This document shows positions 48,337 to 61,900 of a stretch of 64,000 nt of DNA, one piece after another. Below the pieces are notes generated by a model that searched no databases, was not told the origin of the DNA, and saw only the letters and a program-made list of their open reading frames with translations. The stretch lies in assembly GCA_973895155.1 (NCBI GenBank), contig OZ316899.1:16643974-16707973 (forward strand), given 5' to 3'. Every line of letters begins with the position of its first letter. Positions within the stretch are counted from its first letter, which is position 1. The DNA is from Marsupella aquatica (taxonomy: Eukaryota; Plantae; Marchantiophyta). Both the position numbers and the translations under genes were made by a program.

Positions 48337-48975
48337 CCTGGTCAGCGGGGACCCCAGAGCCTTTAAGCAAGTTTTTAGTGCACCAGCAAGGCTGGAATCA
48401 GTTAGTAAAGAGAAGCTCTCGATTAGTTATGGAGTGACCTTTGTGTATATTTATGTTTCCTCATGCCTAAGAGCTGAATAGAGTTGGCCTTCCAGCTTAG
48501 TTCACAAACCTTGTGCATGAGAAGTACTCCTTGTATGGCAATGGCATGGTATACCTTAGTCAGTAGGAGTCATCTTTCTAATTGTGTGTTGCATCAACTT
48601 GTGTGAAGATTGCCCACATCAACCAAGGAGAGAAAGTAAGTTAGAAGCAGGGAGAGTTGGATGTGTTGAGCTAAGAGGGCTCTTAGCGGCTACCCAAGCC
48701 AATTGGGCATCATTCCGGGGGCAAAATCCAAACATAACTAAAGGAAGACTAATAGGAGAGACGGAAGTGAGGCCTAGAATAAGTCGGGTACATATCTCAT
48801 GACCCGATGAAGGATCTGTCCAGTATATGTGGTTAAAACGTTAGTACAGTAGTGAGAGGAAAGCAACATCCCATGCCAATAAACCTTGGAATCAGCCTTG
48901 GCAAGCAAGAAACCAGTGGGAATCGGCTTGCTCAGGGAGGGTTCTTGGGTCCAAAGAGGCATGGGACGCGCCACA
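48337..48975 (+). repeat. 3' end of a diverged family A-like LTR (host of element B)
   Basis: Similar to 18197-18838; ends GGGACGCGCCACA. Confidence 0.85.
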
Positions 48976-48999
48976 CAGGTACCGTGATGAAGTCCCCAG

Positions 49000-49345
49000 C
49001 AGCAGATTGATTGACTAAAGCTTGATCAACATCAGCTTGCCCTCCTTCAAACTTCAATCGACACCAATGCCAAAGCAACTTGCATGAAAGATATATTCCA
49101 TTAAGTTCATTGAATTTGGCGGTAACAGAGGATACAACTTGCAAGAAAGGGGCACAGTGCAACGAATGAAAGGAGACCCGCATGGTGCACTAGAAGATTT
49201 GAGCGAGTTGTTAAGCTCAAAACCAGATGACTACAAATGCCTTGAACACTATGGCCTGTCAGGTTCTTGTTGTTAGACAAGATTGGAGCTCAAGCGGATG
49301 CTGAGTGCGCACTTAGAGTCAAACCTGGAAATGTAGACTCCAATG
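49000..49345 (+). pseudogene. TPR-repeat protein fragment
   Basis: Manual translation across frameshifts gives LQERGTVQRMKGDPHGALEDFERVVKLK.DDYKCLEHYG and VRFLLLDKIGAQADAECALRVKPGN, two TPR-like units. Confidence 0.6.
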
Positions 49346-49402
49346 AGTAAGCAAAAGGCTTTGACCTTGGAACAAAGTCCACTCGGACTACAACTTCAAA
49401 TA

Positions 49403-50868
49403 AGTTGCATAACTCGACTACCTTAACAAATAGCTCCGGCGTTGCTGACTCTGACGCCAAGCTCCCTTATGGTCCAGGCCCGGATAGGCCATCCAGGGAG
49501 GACTTAGCATGGGGAGGACTTAGCATGGGGAGACGTGGCACTAGCAAAGGCAAGGCACCAAGCTGGTGACACACACTAAGGACTTAGACTAGCTGAGTGC
49601 TGGTCGGGTCAAGGGGAAAGGGGCCGGGCTCAAGGTCAACCTCTAGACCCCCGGACAAACTTTGAGTTCTGAGGGCTTGAGTGAGAGCTCCTCTTGGGCC
49701 CAAGGCCAATGGAGTTGACGCCATGGGCAACGGGCGCTTGGGGCGCAAGTTATGGCCCAATCGGGGGTTTCATGCGGCAATGAGATCTGAGGGCCTAGGC
49801 AGGAGCATTGGGCTAAGGCACTCCGCCTGCGGACGCCTAACTAGGAAGTTATATATGGGCATTGCCAGTTGGTGGCGCGCCCAGACATGCGGGATAGGGT
49901 CCGGGTTGGGGACCAAAAGTTTGGGGACCAAAGTTGGTCCGAGGGTGGCAGGTCTCCATAAGTACATATGAGGGGAATGGTGTCTCCCTGGGGGCTAAGG
50001 GCGATCCAAAGTTGTGAGCCGCGGCGGTCGCAACACTAAGGGAAATTGCCAAACGGAAATGACAATATCTTCCCAACGGGAAGTCCGTTGGAGGACTTCT
50101 TTGGTGCATTAGAAATCCCTCAAGGGCTACATCTTCCTGAGCTCAGCTGGGTCTAGGGGCGCCATAGGTTCTTGAGTTTTGCGGGTGTTATCTCGCTTGC
50201 TTGCCAAATCTTGCCAAAAGAGTAGCCAAGCCGCGTTCAATCTCCCAAGGGAGCTTGCGTTGGGGAGGCAAGGCCAAGTAGGCATGGAGGTTGAGTTCCA
50301 AGGGTGCTTGGCCCCTAGACCAACAGTGGGGTGAGAACCGGGAGCTGGTTGCTAGAGTTGGGGCCATTATGGTCCCGTCGTGTTGGGAGAAGCTTGGGAC
50401 AAGCTTTAGGACAAGCTACGCTATTTGGGCCATGAGCATGTCCTCGGGGCAGGGCGGTTAGTTGGTGATGGATAGGTACGAGGGGGAATCCGGGTTGCGT
50501 CCAAGGAAGGAGCTATTCTGGATGAACAGTGGGCATTGGTTCTGGTTCCGGCTTATGGCATCGGGAGGATCTATCGCTGACCTACTTACCAATGTCTGTT
50601 GAGCTTGAGTTAAGATGCTAGACTTGGGGAGTTCTAGATCCTGAAGGGGTACTTACCAAGATGCTTGGTTGCTTGGGCAAACAGTGAGGGCCGTTGAGTA
50701 GCGGTCGCATTGGAGAGCAAGTGCGGCTTTGTATGGGAGGGGCCGCTGGTGGTGCAAGGGGCACTAGGTTGTTTGCTTGAGGTATTCCGTGGAGGCATCC
50801 GGGCACCAGGGGCACTTAGGCGTGTGTGCTGGGATTGGTGAGGATGCTGGGTGGCAAGGTCCACCACT
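49403..50868 (+). mobile_element. Solo LTR of family B
   Basis: AGTTGC...CCACCACT flanked by perfect AAATA direct repeats (49398-49402 and 50869-50873). Confidence 0.92.
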
Positions 50869-51051
50869 AAATAGCTCAGACTGTACATAAAAAATAATCT
50901 CATTACTTCTTAGTTATGTGGATCCTTCATGGAGATGACAGAGCGCTGAAACAAAATAGGCCATTGCCAACGGCAAAGTTTAAGGGGACACACACAACTA
51001 GTATCCCAGGAACCCAAAGACAGCTGTTGTAGAGTCTTTCAATAGACCATT

Positions 51052-54000
51052 TGTGACGCCGCCAGCACGGCGGTTAATGAGTAATCCGGTCTAATCCGTG
51101 CTTAGCACAAGCACTATGGACATAGTAGTCCGTAATAATTAGCATAACGACACTAAAGTAGGTAGTAATGACGACTAGGACATCATTAGTCAATAAGGAG
51201 CATTTACGCTGGGGCTGGCAGCGGAGCACCATTTGTACCCTCGAGTTTCAGGCGTGTGGGGAGGTCCCCTCGGGTCCATATAAAGACTCAAAGGGGCGGC
51301 TCGCTGACACGCTCTGACCTAGCCCTGTGGAGTGGCCGGTATGCTACAAGCGCGAAAGGAGCGGCCTATCAAAAGGAGGAAGGGGCCGTGCGGCCGACGA
51401 GCTCTGAGGGTATAAAAGGCGGGCCATTCTCTTGTGAGCACCAACACTTCACCCATTGCGCCAGCTTTGATCCCAACTTACTCATCTATTCCTTAGTCAT
51501 CCACCGCCTTTCCCTATATGTCTATCACTATTATGTCCAGTTCTGCCCTTCGGTTTTGGCTTCAATTTCTGTCCATCGGAAATCATTTAGCGAGTCATTG
51601 GCCAAGGTCAACCCGCGCCGGTACGAAATCAAGAGGTAGTACAAACAACTCATCCATCTGGCCGGGCGCTCTCACTATAACGGAGATTTCAACCTCCCGT
51701 TCCAGTGCAAGCTTTGTCATCCCGACGAGATCTCTGAATACTTCTTTGATGGCCCAAAGTACGTCGGTTTCCAGGAAGCACTCCTTCGGCTTCCGGATAA
51801 GGTCTTCACACTCCCAGGCATGATCGACTTACAAAGACACCACTTTGATCATATCCCTGCCAAAGTCCAGGCCTCCATAGACTACCAGTTTGGTACCGCC
51901 GCCACGGGTGGAACGCCTATCCTGACCTCACTCGGCTTCCCCGCAGATGTCCTGAATCTTATGGCGCCTCCTCTAGCTACAACGGGTGCCACCTCATCGG
52001 TGCCCGTGCCAACACCACCTCAGCCTCAGCCAAGCCAATCTCCACCATTGGTCCCACCACCCCTCTGGGTGCGATCCATGGTAAACACGGTGAATATCAG
52101 TTCCAAAGACAAGGAGGCTCACCCTCCCCTGAACCGGCGGCCATGAGGTGCAAATCAGCATGCATCGGGCAACCGAGCGCCACTCCCACAAGCCCGGGGG
52201 GATAACACAATGATTGTAGCGGACCCAACACCAATACTTATGGCGGTAGCGCTGCCGCCGCCCGATAGAGAGGATGGGGAAATGTCCCCCTCTTCAAGTC
52301 ACCCCGGGAAGCAGTCCCGGGGTAGGAAGAGAAAGGAACCCGCAGCTGTATCCGGGCTGCCTTTGGCCACAGTTGCGGTGGCCAAGCTGACCATGCATTG
52401 CATGGGGGAGAATGTCCATAAGAACATCCTCCACCCCAAGCATGCATGCTACCTGAAGATCCAAGGGTTTGAGCACCTCGCCTCTCTCCCTTGGAATGGA
52501 AGCAGGTACTACGGGCAGGACATGACGAAGTTCATCCAAAACTTTGATGAGGCCCGCCAACAAACCCAAGCGCACGAGAGAGTGATGTCTCTCAATGAGG
52601 CACGTCTTAAAATGATCTTTGGCCTACCCAAAGGACTAAATCGGGTAGAATCACGGGCTCCCGGAGGCAAGGGAGCCAAGTATCAGTCCTCTAGCTTCCC
52701 GGCCGAGGGAGCAGTGGACAACGGATTCTTGATGAGGACATGCCTCATCCTGGAGGTAGCAGAATGACTGAAGTTCCAGCGGTACGCCCTCCACGTGATG
52801 GAACCAAAGGGCAAAATATCCATCGCCCAGGTCATCCAAGTTGAGAACTACCGGCCTAGGAAGTGGGCGTCCTTCTTTGTCAAGAAGTTCCACAAGGAGA
52901 TGGAGTGGAGAAAGAAGACTTTGTACCTTGGTGGGGAGGCGTACTTTGCTAGCCACATTGAAATCATCATTGAGTGGTACGCCTATTTTGACCACCGAAG
53001 CCTCCCTCGTATCAACGAGCCCGAGCTGACCCCATTGCAGTGGATATTCCTGACCTAGGAGAGGCGACCTCAGCCCAAGGCCCAAAGTCTGGCGGCCGTA
53101 AGACTTGCTACCCCGGCCCCGCAATCAGCTGCTGCTGCCCCTCTGAATGTACCAAACAATGCAGTCACTGCGACCCTGGACGCGATCAACCAGGTCAACG
53201 CGATTGAAGCTGGGCTGGCAGAGGCCGGACCCATTCAAGCCCAAGATTGCAGTCGCAGAGGACGTCCCGCCAACCTCCACAACTGATCAGGAGAACCACC
53301 CAGCCCCAACAAACCTAGCCCCCTCTCCCGCCATACTTCAAGGGCTGGACATCACCACTCCAACTCCTGCGTGAGTTGGGGTCTATCCTTGCCCAAACCC
53401 AGAGGGGCATAGTCTGGAAAGCCCGGAACTCTTTGCACCAGGCAGATTTTTGAATGGATTGTTGGGGGACTTCTCTCAACAAATTGCACGGGATAACGGG
53501 GAGTACATGGCACGGAAGGTGGCCTACTTCTTCAACCAAGAGTTGGTTGCAGCCATGCGGGCAAGATATGCGCAAGCCGAGGCCATGCAAAGAATAGAGC
53601 GGTATTGGATTGAGTCTGCCCACCTGAAAGACAAAGTTGCATCCCATGAGACTAAACTCCAACTGCTGCAGCCTCAAGTTGCGGCCCCTGAAGATCAGGT
53701 GGCCAAAGCTAGGGCCCGGGCATCCTTGGCAAAGCAGGCCGGAGTCGGGAAGGACACCGAGATCACACGGCTCCAAACCTAGATTGACGGTTTGAAGGGA
53801 CAAGCCATCATCTGGCAAAAGGATGTAGAGGAGGCCGTACGCTTAGGCCCAGCGGGGCACAGCCAAGGTAGATGTCCTAAAGGCGGAAGTGGCACGGTTT
53901 CAAGGAGAAGCCTCAAAGCAGGCCCAGTTGGTGGACAAGCTGACGAGCAACGTCCAACAACTAGAAGAGACGTGTCAGGAAGCCGCTGAGGAGATGGACG

Positions 54001-54421
54001 TGGCAGCGCGAGAGAGTGAATCTCTGCTGGACCAGGTCCAGCTCCTCAAGCAGGACGTCGACCGGCTCAGAAGGCAGCGGGATGGACGCTCCAAGTCCAA
54101 CTCTGGTGGATCTAGCAAGCATGCCAGAAATTAGCGGCGGGATAGGTGTAGGATAGAGTTAGGAATAGGATAGTTAGGCAATAAGGACAAGCGCCAAAAC
54201 TAGTTAACGGCACTATCGTATCCAACCAACCTTCATAGTTAGGATCTTAGAAGAAGACACGTCGTTTTATGGCCTGAAAGTTAGCAGAGTTTAGAATCTG
54301 GGATAGCTTAGATTCAAGCACGTGGTCAGTGCGGACCCCGGCTCTTAGTATTTAGTGCACCCCTCGGTAGAGGCAGGGGGTTTTTAGTTTCAGAACTGGG
54401 TATCCGCAGGGTGTGCGGGGA
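51052..54421 (+). mobile_element. Putative LTR of a further family (F) with an internal accessory ORF; right end not seen
   Basis: Starts TGTGACGCC, resembling the A-family TGTGATGCC. TATA-like GTATAAAAGG near 51410, followed by a degenerate ORF related to the A LTR ORF. Confidence 0.5.
51515..54134 (+). pseudogene. Family F accessory ORF (PMD-like region plus coiled coil)
   Basis: GFEHLASLPW, MIFGLPKG, SFPAEGAVDNGFLMRTC and KISIAQV align with GLEAFVRLPW, EVFGLPMG, SFPGPSTKNGFFRNTC and EIGKAQV; coiled-coil ORFs at 53450-54134. Confidence 0.7.
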
Positions 54422-57400
54422 TGTGATGCCTTGCCAGGATCACGAAGTAATAACTAAGCCTAAAAAAATGGCTAAATAAGGATAGATAGAGAGTATAAGG
54501 TAACAATAAAGACCGATGCCAATTTCTACGTGTAGATGATAAAGGAAAGGATCCAACGGTTGAGATCCAGCGGATTGGAGTTATGACCTAATCCATGCTT
54601 GATCACAAGGACCCCTAAGTGGCGGCTTCGGAGTAAGGTGACCAATACTCTGCCATTTTGCATTCTCATGTACACGGTTTTGACATTGAGGAGCGACTGT
54701 CAGTCGAGTGCTAGGTGGATTGGGAGATTGCACAAGTTCTTGGCATTCGGTGGAATGAACACGGTGAATCAGGCAGGGAAGTTTTGGGGCTGTTTGCTTG
54801 AAGAAGCAAGGCAGTTGATACCTATGTATGAAGACGTTGAGTCGGAGCGTGCAGCCAGAGAACGAGCGGAGCTTGCGCGATTGTGGGGAATTTACAAAAC
54901 GGCATTTGTAGATACGAAGGAGGTGTTGGAAAAGTTCTCGTGGACACCCACCAGTGCGGAGCTTGACAAATTGCTGATCCGGGAGAATAAGGTCGTGGGG
55001 ATTAGGGAGGCAATCAAGAACGCAAGGCGGCCACTTTGGGAATTGAAGGGTCACACTGCGAAGTGGACGAAGGAAGCCATTCTCGGGGAGTATTCAAGCG
55101 CTCAAGAGATGAAGCGCAAGGGAGGTTCGGCATCCGCCACTCCAGCAAAGCGAACTAGGTCGGAGAGACCAATCAAGATGGAATCTGGGCCAGTTAGAGA
55201 TTGGGCTGTAGAGGATAAAACCATGACACGGTGGGCGAACAGGTTACCTACCGATTTACAATTACAGTTTGCAAGAGATGAGGATGAGGTCTTCAGTGCC
55301 CTTCAGGATAATAAATATGCAGGATATATGAATGACACTGGGTTGGAGGGCTTTGTCAGGTTGTCCTGGAGGATGGTAGACATACCAGATGAGGATTTGT
55401 TGGACTTCGTGGGATGCTGGGAGGCTTCTTCCAACACGACGCTACTGTATGGAAAGGTGTTCGAACTAACACCTGCGCTTATCAAAGCCGTCTTCGCCTT
55501 ACCAACAGGAAGGAAGACTAAGGTAGAGCAGAGGAAGACGTTGCCGGATGACCAGTTCAGGTCATTTCCAGGGCCTTCCACTAAGAATGGGTTTTTCAAG
55601 AATCAATGTACCAACCCGCATATAGGGCAGCTGATTGATTTCCTGAGAGTCACATTGCATTGTACCTTGTCGAGAGCAGAAATTGGCAAAGCCCAGGTAT
55701 TTTTGGTGGAGAATATCGATGCAAGCCGAGACTACAACGGCTATCTCTTAATGCAGTTGAAGAAGGCATTAAATGAAGAGAAGCGAAGCATTGGGGAGGG
55801 AGCGGTATCCAGACTAGGGTACCATCTGCAATTACTTTGCCGATATGCAAGAAGCCAGTCTTTTGCACCGGTGTTGCCTATACAAGAGCGGATGCCGATC
55901 ACTGCACCACTTGAGGAGGTGGGGGAGGACGAGGAGCCTCTAAGCAAACAACGCCATGGGAGGAGGTTGGCAACACCAGCAACACGAGAACGGGAGCATT
56001 CCCCTATCAAGGAGCCAGAGGTAGTAACATATGATGTAGTGAGAAATCCGTTGCGCGGGCCTACTCGTAATAATCCATATGCAGGCATCCAATTGGTCGA
56101 AAGGAAGATGACTGCCGAAGAGAGAAAGAAATATGACAAGCGAATGGATTCGGAGACAGATGAGGAGGTAAGCCAAAGCCAGGAGAGGCCGGTATTAAGA
56201 GCTTCTAACAGAGCCCAAGTGGAGGGACCTGTGGAGGAAAGTCAACCAGCAGCAGCCCAACAATATTCGGAGGAAGAGATCAGGGGCTTTGGAGGAGAGG
56301 CCAGCATGCTAGGTAGTCAGGTTAATGTGGATGATTACGATGATGACTATGTCAATCACGGGGAGAGGCCGGTACCAGGAGTTAGAACGATGGGAAGGTT
56401 TTGTAGAAGACTTCCCGCAGTCTTCTATGGCAAGCCGAAGGACCAGAAAACACCAGAATCTCCTCCACCAGATGTGACGCCGTTGGAATTTGACAAGATG
56501 AAGGAAGCTAAAGCCGGGATACAAGAGAGGATTAAGGAGTGGGGGGGCCGGAATGCAGAACAGGAATGCCAGCTACCAGGAGGAGAGTGGCCGAAAGAAA
56601 TAAGACGGCTTAGTGAGAGGCAGGCCGAACTCTCACTGACTTTGATCAATTACGGGTAGAGGCTTGGGAGAGACGACCTCGATGGCAGATGCCAGTATCA
56701 CTTGGGAGGTCAAACTACGCAAGAAATCGGGCTAAGGAGTATGCAGACATGTGTGGGCTCTTAGCCTTAGAAATCTTTGGTAATGAGTTGGAATCCGGGC
56801 CATTTCTTAGAAAAGAAGTGGCTGATCAAATGAGACTAGAGGAGGCAATGATGTTGGAGTGGTTAAAGAAAGAGAAGGTAATCGCTCGGCTTCGCTCCAT
56901 GGAAGCCGAAGTTGCTAAGATGAAGTCTGGACAACCAACTCAACAGGATCTCTTGGCCAAGCAGCAGAAATTAGAATTGGCAAACAACCAATTGGAAAAC
57001 TACCAATTGGATAACCAGCAGATCAAGGAAAAATTGACAAAGGTAGAGCTAGAGTTAGCCAATTCAAAAGCAGAAGTACAGGGTCTAAATCGCCAAGTCA
57101 AGAGGCTCAGAAAGACGGCTAAGGATCAGGCCACCGAGAGCGAGAAGGCCTTGGCAGAAGCCCAAAGGAAGTATGACAAGTTACTCGACCGGTTGGATAC
57201 CATGTGTGAGAAGCATGATGACGCCATGTGCAATGCGGCCAATGATCACTTAAACCGGGTTCAACAGATACGCAAGGAGCTACAGGAGGAGCTAACCAGG
57301 ACAAAGCAGGCATGGATGGACGAGGTCACAAAGCTGGAAGGCATCAACGACTCCTTGAAAGTAGCCGTAGATAAGCAAGAGTTGGAGATCGTGCAGATCT

Positions 57401-57533
57401 TGAATGAGGAGCTGAAGATGGCCAGGTCCAAGATACAACGGCTTAACGATGAAGTTGAAGACGTATCTCAAGAATTGGAGGAGGCCAGGGATAAGATGCT
57501 CGGGTTACAGAAGCGTGCCGACAATCAAACGGA
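54422..57533 (+). repeat. 5' part of an LTR from a family A sister lineage
   Basis: Starts TGTGATGCCTTGCCAGGATCAC like the A LTR; homology ends at KRADNQT near 57533. Confidence 0.8.
54599..57533 (+). pseudogene. LTR-encoded accessory protein, sister lineage (686-aa open stretch plus coiled coil)
   Basis: Colinear with the A ORF (NQAGKFWGCL, SFPGPSTKNGFF, SRLGYH, PESPPPDV) despite strong DNA divergence. Confidence 0.85.
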
Positions 57534-58973
57534 CTCGGGGGGGTCACGGTATGTAGGGCTCTACATCGCGTGCGATGTTTTAGGGTCTGGACCCCCTAAC
57601 TTTTAAGTGAATTTTTTTTTCCCCACTCCCTTACTTTCTGAAAAGCGGCCATTTTTTGAATTGTTTACCCCTATAAAACTTTATGGAAAGTTTTATGATG
57701 ATTTAAAAAATGCCTATTAAGGAAAGTAAAGTACCTCAATAGTATAGAGCCAATTGTGCAAATTGATGCGCATTTCCAATACATTCAATGAATTTGCATC
57801 ATGAAGTTGAATATCTTGTAATGCATTCATATATTGTCATCCAACAACTTGTAGTTTTCACTCTTGAATAGTGAAGCATGGTGGGTGCCAGATACTATGA
57901 ATAGGTAACCGAACATCTTAGGTTGCCTATTCAAGGCATCGGTACTCTACCTTGTTTCACTATGAACTCCAACATGATGATGTCCACATCTCTACCTTCC
58001 TTCACAGACTCATGCATGATGATGTCCACATGACGGAGGGGAATTGAACCCCTGTGTGGTGCGTCCCATGGCTCCCTAAACCCAAGAAACCCCCCAGCTC
58101 AAGCCGATTCCCGCAGGTTTCGCGCTTGGCGAGGCCATTTCCGCGGCTTAGCGGCATGGGACGCTGCTAACCTTCTTCTACTACTACTATTAACATTTTA
58201 CACACATATACTGGACAGATCCTTCATCGGGTCATGAGATACGTAGTCGGCCTAATCTAGGCCTTCCCTTGTCTTCCCCTCCGTCTTGTTAGGTATGTTT
58301 GGATTCTGCCGCCGGAATGATCCCCAATAGGCTTGGTTAAGCCGCTAAGACCTCTCTCAGCTCAACACATCCAACTCTCACTCCCCTGCTTACTTTCCTT
58401 CCTCTATTAGTTGATGTGGGCACTCTTTACACAAGTTAATGCGACACACAAATAGCAAAATGACTCCTTCTGACTGAGTCATACCATGCACTGGCCATAC
58501 AAACAGTACATCTCATACACAAGCTCTGTGAACTAAGCCGTGAGGCCAACTCTATTCGGCTCTTAGGCATGAGGAAACATGAATATACACAAGGGTCACT
58601 GTATGACTAACCGAGAGCTTCTCTTACTACTTGATCCCAGCCCGGCTGGTGCAAACTAAAAACTTGCTAAAGAAGAGGCCCTGAGCTCCCCGCTGCCCAG
58701 GTATTTATCCTGGTAGTGGATCCGCCTAATTCTTTGCAGCGTAAGCCTAATCTACCTAATAGTAATCTACTTGCCCGGATCTACTTATGTACAGCAAGGC
58801 AGGAGCACAAGTGTTGCTCCTACCAGTGGAACCGCAATCCCACTAAGCTAAGTGTCAGGGCCGCTCCTGGTCCTGATCCTAATCCTAAACTTGGAGATCA
58901 GCGCCCGCCCTGCCCACTCACGCCTCCTCCCTCCACGTCCGCCCTTCCTAAAAGGAACGGCGCCCTTGCACCG

Positions 58974-61900
58974 TCACGACACCGGTGGTGGATCCTCAAT
59001 GGACGCCCCCAACGCTTCCTCCTCAACCACTGCCGTAGGTTCATTTTCTGACAGATTACCTGCCCTTGACTGAGTCAACTCTCCATCGGCCTGACTGGGT
59101 CCACCATCGGCATCGGCATCGGCTCGGGAATCATTCTCGGCTACGGCCTCAGCCTCGGCTACGGTCTCCCCGACCTGCTCAAGAGGCGGATCTGGGATAT
59201 CGGCCTCATTACTGAGTAGTTCGGCTTGGGCCGCACCATCCCCACCTTTGGTGATAGCGGGATCTATTGCCGTGTTCATGCCGGAGGTTGGTGCTGGGTC
59301 TACCTCCTTGGTCACCACGGCCTGTGGAGTCGTATTACTCCTTGACCCTGAAGGTTTCTGCTTCTTCTTCTTTTCTGGTTCGGCAGCTGGTCCCTTCCCC
59401 TTCCCACCTACTTCCGGCACTGGTGCAGGTGGCACGGCTTGTTCTTCGGCCAGTACCTCTCCTGGTAACTTGGTTGCCCCAATTGGAGTTGGGCCTGATG
59501 AAGACAAGCACTTAAATACTGCGGCTTGTTTCTTCAGCCGCTCTGTTTGGTTGTCGGCCCGCCGCTGGAGGTTCTCCATCTTCCTCGTGATTTCCTCCAA
59601 CTCCTCCTGAGTCTCATCCAAGTCCTTGCGCGCCTCTTCTAGCTCGTTTTTGGCTTCCTCCAATTCCCTCTTGGTGGTAGCCCTCTCCTCCCGGGTTGCT
59701 CTTAGCTCCTTGTCGAGCTCTCCAATGATGACAGACTCCATCTGGTTCATCTTGGCATAAGTCTGATCGAGCATCTTGTCCTTCTCCCGTAGGTCGGCCT
59801 TGAAGCTGGCCGTCAGGGACGCAAGCTCCTGCTACAGCGCCATAATCCCTTGATAGGATTTCCCTAACTCGGCCTCCTTCTGCTCAATGGCTCCGCGGAT
59901 TTTCTCGAGCTCCTCCTTCAACGCCCATTCCTTTCTTTGGGTCTCCGCCATGGCCCGGTTGTTGGCTGTTATGTGGTCCTCCTCTGCATTCCTCAGCTCT
60001 CATTTCCACTTCTCCCTCTCTTTGATCGTATCGGCCAACTCTCCTTGGGTCCGCGTCAGTAGATTCTTGATCATCCGATTATCAGATTGTGCAGTATCCA
60101 ACTGGCCCTGCATGATATTTAGCTCATGCCGCTTAATCCGCAGCTCATCTTGGGCTTTCTTGGCCACCCTCAGGTCCTTGATTTCGGCTTCCCTTTCCCT
60201 AAGCCGACGGATGACCTCATCCTTCTTGCTTCTTTCCAAGGCCACCGCTTCTTCTAATTGGCGCTTCTCCAACATCTCCCTCTGGAAAAAGGGTCCCTGC
60301 TCCAACTCCTCCCCAAAGATGCTGAGCGCCAGTTCTCCACACATCTCCCCGTACTCCATGGCTCTGTCTTTAGCATAGGTGGAGGAAGTAGAAGTCATCG
60401 GCATCATCCACCGCGGCCTCTGCTCCCAAGCCGTCTTGTGGATCTCTTCAATCGTGGCTAGAGGTTTGCTTCCTTTTTCGGCTAGCCGCTTGATGTCCTC
60501 TGGCCAATTTCCTCCTGGCAAATCCTTTTTCCTAGCCAGGGCTGCCTCCTCTGCCTGCCTGATTCGCTCCTGAAATTCCTACGCCGTCTGTTTTATGCCG
60601 TCAAAGCTCGGGGGAGCAACATCTGGTGGGGGAGACTCAAGGCTACTTTGCTGGTTGGGGTTCCCTCGTACTACCCTTGGAAGTGTGGGGATAAACCGGC
60701 CATAGGTCCTTACTCCTGGAACGTGATGGTCCGACCCATAGTCGGAGTTATCATGGCTGCAGTCCTCCACTGCCTCCTCTACTTCTTGGACTTCCGGCTT
60801 CTCCCTCTCCTCTTCGTCGGTAGGAGCTTCAGGCAATTCTGCCTCAGATTTAGAGCTTGAGACTCCCACGTACATTCGAACACCCGGCTTGGATTCTGGC
60901 CTGATTCTCTCCTTGTCTCCAGTAAAGGGGTTTTCCCTTGTAAGCCGGTGTAGGCCTACCTCTGGAGTAGTGTCCTGCATTGTTGTCGTTGCCATTGTCG
61001 TTGCCGATGCCGATCTCTTTTCTTTCTCCAGTAGTTTCAGCAGATTCTGCATGCCTGGTTGCTGCATCGGCAAGTCTTCCTTCCTTGGCCTAAACACCTG
61101 CTCGATCGTAGGGCTAACAGGTGGTTGAGGCTTCTCTGCTACCGGCCTCGGTGCTGGAGCTTCCTCGGGTGCCCTTACCTGTAGGGGAAGTACTGGGGCA
61201 AAGGTCTGTCCTCTGGCATATCGGCACAACAGCGGCATGTGATAGCCAAGCCGCGACACACTCCCCATGCCGATTACCTGCTGCTCCTCCTTTAAGATCT
61301 TCTTCAATTGGTTGAGGAGGTACCCGTTGTAGTCCCGGCTTGGGTCTGGCCTCTCTACCAGATAGACCTGTGCCTTGCCGATCTCTGCCCTCTATAAGTT
61401 ACAGTGCATGGTCACCCGCAAGAAGTCGATCATCTCTCCTATGTGTGGGTTGGTGCAGGTGTTCCGGAAGAAGCCATTCTTCGTTGATGGCCCGGGGAAC
61501 GACCAGAACTCCTTGTCAGGCAAGGTCTTCCTGGTATCAACTTTGGTCTTATTGCCTATCGGCAAGCCAAACACTTCGGCAATCACCTTGGGAGTAAGAT
61601 AGAAATCCTTCCCATATATCCTCGTGCAATTGGTCTCGGGTTCCCATGACCCCACGAATTCTAATAGGTCTGAATCCGGTACCTCTGGCTTCAGCCATGG
61701 TAATCTTACAAAGGCCTCTAAGCCGGATCCGACCATGAAGCCTTGGTACTTCTTGGTCTGCATGGCCGTAAAGCATGCATCCTCCTCCCGTGAAAAATGT
61801 AGTTGCACCTCCACCGGTAGGGTTGCCGCGCAGCCTTTCCAGGTGTCATCCCTGGTTGGAATGGCATTGATGGGATCGACCTCCTCCTCTTCGGCTTCTC

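Noticed and set aside
54408-54421. PPT making 51052-57533 a single element with an internal ORF
   Set aside because: No gag-pol or PBS lies upstream, so insertion of one LTR into another is simpler. This cannot be fully excluded without the right-hand ends.
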